This document shows positions 1 through 8,496 of a stretch of DNA of 45,179 nucleotides, piece after piece. The stretch comes from Armatimonadota bacterium (GTDB lineage: Bacteria > Armatimonadota > Zipacnadia > JAUWAU01 > JBHIEF01): positions 1 through 45,179 of the forward strand of contig JBHIEF010000002.1 of the NCBI GenBank assembly GCA_046760465.1, given 5' to 3'. The position numbers and the translations under genes were made by a program. The notes under the pieces are model-generated. The model did not search any database. It was not told where the DNA came from and was given only the letters and a program-made list of their open reading frames with translations. Positions within the stretch are counted from its first letter, which is position 1. Every line of letters starts with the position of its first letter.

Positions 1-360
1 CGTCTCAAGGGGGTGGGCTCCCACCGTGTACCAGCTGCCGCCATCCTCGTCGAATACGACGACGGCCAGCCGCGGGGCGTCGCCTCGCGTGAGCTGCACG
101 CCGTACTGCACGGCCACGGCCCGGGCGCCGCTGAGGTCGCCCTGGGGCCGGGCTTCGATGGCGAGAAGCCGGCGCTCCTCGCCACTCTTGGCAAACGCCA
201 CCCTCACGGCTGCCGGGCCCGCAGCGCCCCGTAGCTCCGCTTTCAGCCCGCCGGCGCTGGCCAGCGCGAACTTCCGCAGCGGCACGTTGACCTGCGCGTG
301 CGCGCTCACCAGGGAGACCGCGAGGCCGGCAGCGGCGGCGATGCAGACAGCTCTTCCCAT
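1..360 (-). CDS. Hypothetical secreted protein, N-terminal fragment (gene runs off the left window edge)
   Basis: Absent from the ORF track because no stop lies in-window. My reverse-complement translation from ATG (360..358) reads MGRAVCIAAAAGLAVSLVSAHAQVNVPLRKFALASAGGLKAELRG...VVFDEDGGSWYTVGAHPLET and stays open for 120 codons to base 1. The N-terminus looks like a signal peptide. The competing + strand ORFs 13..234 and 26..397 are Arg/Pro/Ser-rich shadow frames. Confidence 0.55.
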   Translation of the reverse strand, partial: MGRAVCIAAAAGLAVSLVSAHAQVNVPLRKFALASAGGLKAELRGAAGPAAVRVAFAKSGEERRLLAIEARPQGDLSGARAVAVQYGVQLTRGDAPRLAVVVFDEDGGSWYTVGAHPLET

Positions 361-393
361 GAGCACCAACCCACCCACGCGCGACGGGCCCGT

Positions 394-3114
394 CTAGTCT
401 GCGGCGTTCGTAATGCGCAAGTTGTCCAGGTAGTACACCGTTCGGTCAGTCGCGGTGCTGCTGAAGCCGAGCCAGGTGAGCGCTTTCCATTCTGGACTGC
501 CGTTCTGTAGTCCGGCGAATCGCCGCGGCTCCTGGCCGGGGAGGGTCACCGCGAGCTCCCACGTGCCGGTTGATTTCCCGCCGAGGCCGGCCACCACCTC
601 GAAGTGCACCCATTCGCCCACGGGCAGCGTCAGCAGCTCTCTGCCGCGGAACCACAGCTTCCCCGCACGCACGGAGAGGCTGGGGCCGACGCGGTACGGG
701 TTGGCGTTGTCGCGCCACTCGTGGAACATGACCACACCAGCCTCGATGCGCATGTCGAAGCTGCATCGTGAGGTCCCGTCTGCGTGACTGGGCGAGTAGA
801 AGAAGTGCGGGTTGTAGGCATGCTCCAGGCCGGGGGCGTCCACGATCTTCAGGCTCTGCCTGCCCGTCGCAGCAGTCTCGTCAGTGACGCCGAGGAAGTC
901 GCCCCTGTTCTCCACGTAGACGCGTGCCTCGGCGGGCTGTGCGCCCAAGGGCGCCCCTTCGAAGTCGTCGCTGACCGTCAGTGGCGGCGGTGGAGGGGGC
1001 GGCGGGGCGAACTCGACCGGCGAATACTCGAGGCGACGGGCGACGTTGACCCACTCCGCATCGCCGTAAAGGCCAGCCTTGGTGTAGTCGAAAGGCTTGA
1101 AGCCGATCTCGGAGGCCGGCGAGCCAGGACGCAAACGGAAGTCGAAGCTCGCCGCATCCTCGAAGAGCGGATCGGCCACGCGGGAGCCAGCGTCCTTGCC
1201 CAGCTTCTGCCATTCCTCGAAGGGCATCCCCTCGAACTGGATCGGCTGCTGCGACGCGTCCCAGTAGAGGTTGCTCTCAAGCCTGACCTTCTCGTCCTTC
1301 CAGGTGCCGTGGAACAGCCGGCCGCCATCCCAGTAGACGATGTTGTTCTGGAACGTGAACGACAGGTGATCCTCCACCCTCGACCGCTGGAGCTGGCCGT
1401 CCATGCTGAAGGCGAAGATGTTGTTGCGGATGACGTTCTCCCTGCCGAAGTGCTGATGGTAGCCGCCGGTCTTAGTGTTGTAGACCAGGTTGTTCTCCAT
1501 CACGATGTTCGAGCTGCCCGCGTCGTTGTAGAGCCCCCAGCCGCCCCGGCCGTACAGGTCGTAGGAGTACACGTCGTGGATGACGTTGTTGCTGACCGTG
1601 GTACCGGGCGAGGGTCCCAGCGTGTAGACCCCACCCATGTCGCTCATGACGCCCCAGCCGAGGTGGTGGATGTGGTTGAAGTCAATGGTGTTGCGCACCG
1701 CCAGGCTCTGGGCATAGCCCCAGCGCCATCCCACGGAGACGCCCGTGTAGAAGAGGTCGGAGATGTCGTTGTGCGTCACCTGGTTGTCGCCGCTGTGACC
1801 GATCCAGACACCCACGCAGCCGGGGAAGATGCGGCCGCCGGAGCGGATGATGTTGTTGTCAACGACGATGTGGCCGGTCCGGTTGGCTCGGGCGCGCCGG
1901 ATGACGGTCTCGCCGATGCGCACGCCGCCAGCGCCGAGGTCGTGGAAGTGAGTCTGGACGACGCGGCAGTCGCGGCAGCCCCGCCTAAACCACAGCCCGT
2001 AGGTGCCTATGTGCGCCACCTCGCAGCGCTCGATGGCGATGTTGCGGGCGCCGTCGGCCATGATCATGGCCGGTATGGTGACCGCCGCTTGTGGATCGGA
2101 GTGGCCCTCCTCCGGGAGCAGGTACTGGCCATGGCGGAAGGCCAGGCCCCGCAGCGTAATGTGCTCGACGGGAAGGCCCAGCTCGGGCTCGCCCACAAAG
2201 CGCACGAACTGCTCCAGCACGGGGGCGATGACCTCGGCTGTGGCCATGTCCTCGCCCGGCAGCGGCTTGTATAAGAGCGTCCCCTGGCGGTCGAGGAACC
2301 ACTCGCCCGGCGCGTCCAGGGCCTCCCTGAAGTTCTCCACGTGATAGCGCTGGTTAGGCCCCCACCGGTTGAAGGTCCACAGCGTGGGGCCGGTAGTGTA
2401 GACCGTGTTAGTCTCCTCATCCACAGCAGCCAGCCGCAGTCGCGCCGCCTCCCAGGAATGGTAGGCCACCAGCGTGACGTCGGTCAGGTTGGGCCAGGCC
2501 CTCACGTCGCCGGGTCGGGCGCGGAAGGCGCGGCTCTCCAGGTTGGCGGGCTGGCCGGTCAGCGGGTCGGTGCCATAGTGGACCTTGCCGAGCACGTAGT
2601 AGTAGAACCTGTTCGGAGAGCGGGCACGTGTAGCCCGACGGCCATTGACGAAGAGCTGTTCGAAATACCACTCGCCGGTCCTCACCGCGGGCACTTGAGC
2701 GCTCCAGATGCCGTCGGCGCCACGCCTGAAGCCGGAGATGGGTCGCCCGCCGGTGAAGACGGGAGTGGCCCCCGGCGCCGCCTCGTAGGCGATGGGGCAG
2801 TCAGCCGTGCCGCTGTCAGTCGGAGTCAGAACCAGGGGTTCAGTGAGTGTGTAGGTCCCATCGGCAACCAGGACCCGGACGGGCTCGGTCAACGGCCCCC
2901 GCTTCTTCAGGGCGCGGACGGCGTCACGCGCACCGGTGAGGGAGGCCAGCGGTCCGTCCGTCTTCCCCAGGTTGGGGCTCGCAAGTCGCCCGGACCAGGC
3001 GTCATGGCCATTCGGGGCGACGTAGAGCGTAACTGCGTGGGCAGTCGGGATGTAAACCAGACAGGCTGCCGCGAACCACAGCGGCCCGCACAGCCTGGTT
3101 CCAAGCACAGCCAT
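394..3114 (-). CDS. Secreted right-handed parallel beta-helix protein (pectate-lyase fold, DUF1565-like N-terminus) with a C-terminal LamG/ConA-like beta-sandwich
   Basis: 906-aa ORF with a signal-like N-terminus ([16 protein letters not shown]). The '[14 protein letters not shown]' opening is typical of beta-helix proteins. Helix-turn repeats recur ([44 protein letters not shown]). A P8 linker precedes a beta-rich C-terminal module. Confidence 0.8.
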   Translation of the reverse strand: MAVLGTRLCGPLWFAAACLVYIPTAHAVTLYVAPNGHDAWSGRLASPNLGKTDGPLASLTGARDAVRALKKRGPLTEPVRVLVADGTYTLTEPLVLTPTDSGTADCPIAYEAAPGATPVFTGGRPISGFRRGADGIWSAQVPAVRTGEWYFEQLFVNGRRATRARSPNRFYYYVLGKVHYGTDPLTGQPANLESRAFRARPGDVRAWPNLTDVTLVAYHSWEAARLRLAAVDEETNTVYTTGPTLWTFNRWGPNQRYHVENFREALDAPGEWFLDRQGTLLYKPLPGEDMATAEVIAPVLEQFVRFVGEPELGLPVEHITLRGLAFRHGQYLLPEEGHSDPQAAVTIPAMIMADGARNIAIERCEVAHIGTYGLWFRRGCRDCRVVQTHFHDLGAGGVRIGETVIRRARANRTGHIVVDNNIIRSGGRIFPGCVGVWIGHSGDNQVTHNDISDLFYTGVSVGWRWGYAQSLAVRNTIDFNHIHHLGWGVMSDMGGVYTLGPSPGTTVSNNVIHDVYSYDLYGRGGWGLYNDAGSSNIVMENNLVYNTKTGGYHQHFGRENVIRNNIFAFSMDGQLQRSRVEDHLSFTFQNNIVYWDGGRLFHGTWKDEKVRLESNLYWDASQQPIQFEGMPFEEWQKLGKDAGSRVADPLFEDAASFDFRLRPGSPASEIGFKPFDYTKAGLYGDAEWVNVARRLEYSPVEFAPPPPPPPPLTVSDDFEGAPLGAQPAEARVYVENRGDFLGVTDETAATGRQSLKIVDAPGLEHAYNPHFFYSPSHADGTSRCSFDMRIEAGVVMFHEWRDNANPYRVGPSLSVRAGKLWFRGRELLTLPVGEWVHFEVVAGLGGKSTGTWELAVTLPGQEPRRFAGLQNGSPEWKALTWLGFSSTATDRTVYYLDNLRITNAAD

Positions 3115-3255
3115 AGTCCATACTCCCCCATCTGCACGCGACGGCGCCCGAGGGCAGGTCGTCCGTCGGCCTCAGGACGCTCATTCGAGAGCGTCGCCCG
3201 CCAGTCCTCTTGAGGGAATGGACCGGCCATCCGCAGCAGGCGGGCGCCCGACGCG

Positions 3256-4590
3256 CTACGCTTGCACGTCGAACAGGTCGTAGTCCGGCCAACTCTCGAC
3301 GGCGTTGGCGGCGCGGTGCAGGGCCGGGTCTATATCCCCGTAAGAGAGGCCGGAGGCATCGCGGCGCTGGTTGAACAACACCGCCCAGTTGAGGCCGTCG
3401 TGCCGTCGCACCAGCAGCGACGACGTGCCCGACATGCCGCCAGCGTGCCAGTGGTTGGCCTTGCCATCGCCCGTGGGGCGCACCAGCCAGCCGAGCCCAT
3501 AGTAGGCCGCTTTGGGCGTGCCGTCCGGCTCGAAGCCGGCCTGGCCCTCCGGTCGAGCGAACATCTCCTCAACCGTGTCTGGCTTCAGCAGGGGGCAATG
3601 CTCAGGGTCGTCGAACGCGCACGCGAAGCGCACCAGGTCCGCCGCCGACCCAATCCAGCCGCCGTGGGCGTCCATGGCCTCGAGGTGGAAGCCGCCATAT
3701 GGCTTCGGCACCTTGCCGCCGTCGCCGGGCGTCATCACGTTCTCGGCCACCTCGGGGTCGTAGTAGCGGACCTCTCCGGGCGCGCGATGCTGCGGCAGCG
3801 TCCGACCCAGACGCATGCGGCGGATGCCTATGGGCCTCAACACCTCGTCCTTCACGAACTGCTCGTAGGTCTTGCCCGACACCTTCTCGATGAGCCGCCC
3901 CAGAACGCAGTAGCCGAAGTTGGAGTATGCGTAGGTCGAGCCCGGATCGTGGTCCAACGGACGTCCCAGCATATAGCGGATGATGGCCTCGGGGCCCGCG
4001 GGCGGTTGCAGGCCGAGCTCGCGGGCGATGCTTATGGGGCGAAACATCGGATCGAAGGAGGCCTCCCGATCGAAGCCCGCCGTGTGCTGGAGAAGATGCC
4101 GAATCGTGATCTGCTGGAGTCGAGGGTCGGGCTCGGCATCTGGCGCCAGGTGGGGCTCATAGGCCAGCATCGCAAATGCAGGCGTATCCAGCGTGAGCCG
4201 GCCGTCGGAGTCCTCGATCAGCCGCAGTACCGCCACGGCCGTGATGGGCTTCGAGATGCTGGCGATGCGAAACAGGGAACTGGGCGAGACGGGCTGCTCG
4301 GCTTCCTTGTCGGCCCACCCGTATCCCCGGGCCAGGACCAGTCGGCCGCGGCGACTGACCGCCAGGGCGCCGCCGGGGATGCTCCGGGCATGCATGAAGG
4401 AGGCCACCTCGTCGTCGAAGGGCTTGAGGGCCGGGCACTCTCGGGTGACAGTGATGGGGAGGGCCTCCGCTTCCTTCTCCGCCTGCTCATCGGCGCTCGC
4501 AGACGAGGTGCTCGCCAGTAGAACGACTACCGCCAGGAGGCGCAATGGCAGTGCCTCCGGCCAGTGGCATGGAGATGTCGGTGTGAGCAT
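3256..4590 (-). CDS. Beta-lactamase-related serine hydrolase (class C / esterase EstB-like family), secreted
   Basis: SxxK motif (ASISKPI), YxN motif (YSNFGY) and an HGG box replacing KTG. I chose the start at internal ATG 4590 (MLTPTSPCHWPEALPLRLLAVVVLLASTSSASA, signal-like). The track's longest ORF begins at TTG 4641 with an Arg-rich extension. Confidence 0.75.
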   Translation of the reverse strand: MLTPTSPCHWPEALPLRLLAVVVLLASTSSASADEQAEKEAEALPITVTRECPALKPFDDEVASFMHARSIPGGALAVSRRGRLVLARGYGWADKEAEQPVSPSSLFRIASISKPITAVAVLRLIEDSDGRLTLDTPAFAMLAYEPHLAPDAEPDPRLQQITIRHLLQHTAGFDREASFDPMFRPISIARELGLQPPAGPEAIIRYMLGRPLDHDPGSTYAYSNFGYCVLGRLIEKVSGKTYEQFVKDEVLRPIGIRRMRLGRTLPQHRAPGEVRYYDPEVAENVMTPGDGGKVPKPYGGFHLEAMDAHGGWIGSAADLVRFACAFDDPEHCPLLKPDTVEEMFARPEGQAGFEPDGTPKAAYYGLGWLVRPTGDGKANHWHAGGMSGTSSLLVRRHDGLNWAVLFNQRRDASGLSYGDIDPALHRAANAVESWPDYDLFDVQA

Positions 4591-4754
4591 CACAGCTTGA
4601 CCGTCTGTTCCACGCGCACGTGCACGCGGCCTGCGCCGCAACAGGTCCGGCCGCCTCGGCCAGGGAAGCTAAGCGAGAGCACAGCGAGAGAGGGCCTCCG
4701 CGCGACGGCGCTGTTGCCGTCTCGGTCGGGCGGGGGCCGGATGAGGGAGGCAGA

Positions 4755-6932
4755 ATGCTGAGGCGACGACTACCGTTTCTCAACCACACAAGCTGCGCGT
4801 GCCTGCTACTCGTGCTGCTGGGCCTGGGAGGTGTCCTCTTGCGGCAAAGCGATGGTCGCTCACAGGTGCGGGCGGAGGAGGCCGTGATTGTGCAGACCGG
4901 CTTCGAGGAGGGCCTGCAAGGCTGGACCCGGCAGGGCGAGGCGGAATTCGCCCTGGACAGGGAGCAGCCCTACAGCGGCCGCCAATGCGCGCGGATCATC
5001 GTCGCGCCGGGCACGGAGCTATCGTGGCAGCAGCTCACCCGCGAGTTCGGCCCCGTGGCTCGCGGTGACGAGTTCCGGGTGACAGTGTGGCTGCGGGCGG
5101 ACAGCGCGGACGGGACGGGAGCCTACTGCGCGCTGCAATTCCTGGACGCGGGCGCGCGCCGCGTCGGCATCTTCCACAGCAAGATCGGCCGGGACAACGG
5201 AAGGGCCGGATGGGAACGACTGCTGATCGAGGGCAGGGCACCAAAGGGCACGGCCAAGGCGCGCGTGGACCTGATCCTCCACGCACACGGCACGGCATGG
5301 TTCGACGACGTGGAGGTCGTCCGCACCGCGCAACTGACCCCATGGCCCGACCTGGGCGACGCCGAACGCACCATCACCATACGCACGGACGACGTAGTCC
5401 ACCCCAGGTTTGGGGGCGTGGGGTTCCACGTGCTTCATCACGTCTTCCCCACCACCGAGGCGCATCTCAACGAGGTCATCGCCAAGCGGTGGCGCGAGCT
5501 GAACCCCTCCTTTGCTCGGCTGAATGACAGTTGGGAGTGGGACCATGACAAGCTCGACGAGGTGGCCGCCCACCTGCTCCGGCTGAAGGAGACGGGCACT
5601 GAGGTCTACATGACCACCTGGGGCCCAAAGGACACCCAGCCCGGCGAGGAGCGGGCCGCGTACGCGAAGCGCGTAGTTGACAACCTGGAGTACCTGGTGC
5701 GCGAGAAGGGCGCCGCCAACATCAGGTACTACTGCATGACCAACGAGCTATCGCTCAAGGGGTGGGGAGAGCTGATCAACGACCTGCCCAAGTTCCAGGA
5801 CTACCACCAGGAGCTGTTCGACGAGCTCAAGGCCCGCGACCTGGACATCAAGCTCCTGGCGACGGATGCATCCCCGCTGGAGAGATGGGACAGCATCGAA
5901 TGGGCGACCGAGAACATGGACGACATCACCGGCGTATACGGCGGGCACCACTACATCAACAACCACGATCTGGACGACGAGCGGTTCTACCCGTGGTTTC
6001 TGTCCAAGCTGAGCTGGGCGGCGGGACTTGCCCGGCAGAAGGGCAAGGACTTCATCATCGGCGAGTTCGGCGCCAAGCAGGACGGCCGGGTCGTGGATGG
6101 CGTCAAGAGGGACGTGTGCATCTACTGGGACACCCCGCAGGAGCCCATGGTGGGCATACAACTGGCCGAGGCGGTCATCGCCGCGCTCAACGCGGGCGTC
6201 TACGCGCTGGGCACGTGGACGTTCATGGACTTCCCCGACGACTATGCGCGCAACTACATCAACAAGTGGGGCACCTTCAAGCGGAGCGGCACGGACTACT
6301 CGACGCGGGCGCACTACTACGCCTACGGGCTGCTGACCAAGTTCTTCCGGGGCCCGGCGACTGTGTTTGGGGTCGAGTGCAGCGATCCCTACCTGCGCGC
6401 AACGGCCGTTCAGCACCAGGGCAGCAACACATACTCCGTCGCCGTCGTAAGCCGCTACCGGGACGAGGTTCGCGTCGTCGTCTCCCTTGACAAGCGGAAG
6501 CCCGCCGCTGCCTTCCGCAAGTACGTCTACGACCCCACTAACGTGCCGCAGCACCCCTTCGGCGACCTACAGGCTCCGACGGCCAAGATGGCCATGCAGA
6601 ACGGACGGCTCACCGACACGCTGGCGCCCAATACGCTGACGGTATACACGACGGCCTACGATGAGGAGCCACCCGCGCCCGTGCGGGGTCTGCGGATCGG
6701 CAAGACCACGGACGGGAGCCCTCGTCTACAGTGGCAGGCCAACGCCGAGGCCGATCTGTGCTACTACCGCGTGTTCCGGGGCGACAGGGCCGACTTCGCC
6801 CTCACCGTGCAGAACCAGATCGGCTCGACCATCGCCGCCGAGTTCGTTGACGAGACGCCCGAGGCCGGTCGCGACCACCACTACAAGGTCCTGGCGGTGG
6901 ATCAGTCCGGGAACGCGAGCAAGGCGGAGTGA
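4755..6932 (+). CDS. Secreted glycoside hydrolase, clan GH-A TIM barrel (GH5-like), with N-terminal CBM-like beta-sandwich and C-terminal Fn3 domain
   Basis: ATG 4755 is preceded by GAGGGAGG and followed by a signal peptide (MLRRRLPFLNHTSCACLLLVLLGLGG). The N-terminal module GFEEGLQGWTRQGEAEF resembles CBM4/9. The putative acid/base is in YYCMTNELS and the nucleophile in FIIGEFGAK. The C-terminus HHYKVLAVDQSGNAS is Fn3-like. Residues 4620..4754 of the track ORF are a spurious extension. Confidence 0.75.
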   Translation: MLRRRLPFLNHTSCACLLLVLLGLGGVLLRQSDGRSQVRAEEAVIVQTGFEEGLQGWTRQGEAEFALDREQPYSGRQCARIIVAPGTELSWQQLTREFGPVARGDEFRVTVWLRADSADGTGAYCALQFLDAGARRVGIFHSKIGRDNGRAGWERLLIEGRAPKGTAKARVDLILHAHGTAWFDDVEVVRTAQLTPWPDLGDAERTITIRTDDVVHPRFGGVGFHVLHHVFPTTEAHLNEVIAKRWRELNPSFARLNDSWEWDHDKLDEVAAHLLRLKETGTEVYMTTWGPKDTQPGEERAAYAKRVVDNLEYLVREKGAANIRYYCMTNELSLKGWGELINDLPKFQDYHQELFDELKARDLDIKLLATDASPLERWDSIEWATENMDDITGVYGGHHYINNHDLDDERFYPWFLSKLSWAAGLARQKGKDFIIGEFGAKQDGRVVDGVKRDVCIYWDTPQEPMVGIQLAEAVIAALNAGVYALGTWTFMDFPDDYARNYINKWGTFKRSGTDYSTRAHYYAYGLLTKFFRGPATVFGVECSDPYLRATAVQHQGSNTYSVAVVSRYRDEVRVVVSLDKRKPAAAFRKYVYDPTNVPQHPFGDLQAPTAKMAMQNGRLTDTLAPNTLTVYTTAYDEEPPAPVRGLRIGKTTDGSPRLQWQANAEADLCYYRVFRGDRADFALTVQNQIGSTIAAEFVDETPEAGRDHHYKVLAVDQSGNASKAE

Positions 6933-6958
6933 GACCTGAGCAGGCTCCGCCCGGCGCG

Positions 6959-8443
6959 CTACGGCGTGGCGCGGTGTGCCTCGATACCGAGGGATCTGGC
7001 CAGCATGTCGAGGCGCGCGGCCTGGTGTCCCGTTCCCAGGGCGAAGTGGTGGGTGGGGCCGGCCAACGACCAGCGCTCGACGAAGGTGGCGACGTCCGGC
7101 GCGAACCTGGCGCGCGTGTTGGTGTTGCCCGTGGCCGGGATTGGGCCGGGCAGGGACTCGCCCTCCGCGATCACCATCTCGAAGCGGCCGTCGTGGGTCT
7201 GCGTCAGGCCGAGAATGGTGAGGGGGCCGCGCTTGATCTTGAACTCCACCGAGGCCCCGGCGCCGCGCTTGCCGTGGTACAGGCTCAGGCCCCGCAGAAT
7301 GGGGCGCTGGTCGCTGATGGCGATGTGAGCGGGGCCATCGTGCCCGACCAGGACGAAATCCTCGACGAAGTCCACCGGGTGAAGCTCGGCGAACGAGCCG
7401 CCCGCGCCGAGGCGATCCATGATGAGCATGGCCACGCAGTTCTTCAGGTCCAGCTCCCCCGCCACGGGCACGCCGCGTCCGGTCAGGAGCGAATTCCCCA
7501 CGATCATGGCTGCCGCCAGCTGCTCGTACTCGTTGTTCTCCAGGCCCCGGTAGTAGTACGCCAGGCCGGTGAGGCCGAAGTCCTCTACCAGCCGGTCCAG
7601 TCCCACGGCGACGCACGCTGACCGCTCCAGGGCCTCCGCGGTGACCGGTCCGGCGATGGGGTCGGCTCCCGGCTGGGGGAAGGTGAACACGCGCCTGATC
7701 TCCTCGACCTTGGCGGCTACCTCGTCCCGGGTTACCTTGTCCACGCGCGCGGCCAGGTCGCACATCTCCAGGACCTCAACGTGCATGCCGAAGTGGGCGG
7801 TGAACATGGTAGGGTCGGAGTGCATGTCTAACATGCCCTCATAGACGTGCCCCATGCAGCCGATGCGCGCGTTCTTCAGATCGTGAAGCACCGGGGCCAG
7901 GCGCGCCCAGTCCAAGACCCTCGACCAGGCACGCTCGTCGTCCCGAAGCTGCCCCACGATCACGTCCGCCGGCTGAATGCCGCAACGCCTCAGCGCCCCG
8001 GCGATCTCGGGCAGGCTGGTCACGTTGTCGTTCTCAAGCTGCCTTTCGGTGGTGGCGCGAGCGTAGTCCATGCGAGCCTGCGGCTGCAGCCCCACCAGGA
8101 CGAAGGGCACACCTGCGCGCTGCGCCGCGATCACGGCGGTCGAGGCCGGGGCATAGGTGGCCACGTAGCATAGCACCAGGTCCACCTCCTCGCGCCGGAA
8201 CAGGCTCCCCACCTCGAACGCACGATGCGAGCTGTCCGAGAGGCCGCCCGAGACGACCGTGACCCCCGCGTTCGTCAGGCGCTCCTCGAACTCGTGAATG
8301 TGGCCCATCAGCCTGGGCTTCAACTCGGGAAACTGGGGCCAGTACGTATCGAGGCCGACCGCAAAGAAGCCCACGCGCCCCGAGCGCGTGCGGCCCAGCG
8401 GATCGTACTCAGACCCCAACCCGAGGTCGTCTGAATCAGCCAT
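6959..8443 (-). CDS. L-arabinose isomerase family sugar isomerase (AraA-like), cytoplasmic
   Basis: 494 aa. By eye, the C-terminal half aligns with E. coli AraA around the four metal ligands: AGELD~AGEGD, SFAELH~SFMEDY, LVGHDGP~LGSHMLE, GPTHHF~GGAHHT. There is no signal peptide. Confidence 0.7.
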   Translation of the reverse strand: MADSDDLGLGSEYDPLGRTRSGRVGFFAVGLDTYWPQFPELKPRLMGHIHEFEERLTNAGVTVVSGGLSDSSHRAFEVGSLFRREEVDLVLCYVATYAPASTAVIAAQRAGVPFVLVGLQPQARMDYARATTERQLENDNVTSLPEIAGALRRCGIQPADVIVGQLRDDERAWSRVLDWARLAPVLHDLKNARIGCMGHVYEGMLDMHSDPTMFTAHFGMHVEVLEMCDLAARVDKVTRDEVAAKVEEIRRVFTFPQPGADPIAGPVTAEALERSACVAVGLDRLVEDFGLTGLAYYYRGLENNEYEQLAAAMIVGNSLLTGRGVPVAGELDLKNCVAMLIMDRLGAGGSFAELHPVDFVEDFVLVGHDGPAHIAISDQRPILRGLSLYHGKRGAGASVEFKIKRGPLTILGLTQTHDGRFEMVIAEGESLPGPIPATGNTNTRARFAPDVATFVERWSLAGPTHHFALGTGHQAARLDMLARSLGIEAHRATP

Positions 8444-8496
8444 GGTCGGCTCCTTGCTCGCCGCGAAGGGCGCACCAGTGGCGCCAGCCTATCCCA

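Noticed and set aside
784-2274. Long antisense ORFs throughout the window. Examples are 784..2274 (+), 9898..11025 (+), 15068..16831 (-), 20373..21251 (-), 24216..25679 (+), 30269..31591 (-), 34058..35149 (-), 37902..39071 (-), 39105..40217 (-), 40625..41803 (-), 41816..43285 (-) and 43577..44731 (+).
   Set aside because: Each lies opposite a gene with clear family motifs. Their translations are Arg/Gly/Pro/His/Val-rich with no motifs, signal peptides or SD-linked starts. This is the expected shadow-frame artefact of GC-rich DNA.
3191-3254. Long-range complementary arms, GCGTCGCCCGCC and GGCGGGCGCCCGACGC, between the serine hydrolase and beta-helix genes.
   Set aside because: The pairing is interrupted by a 4-nt bulge around a large loop in GC-rich intergenic DNA. 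There is no supporting signal.
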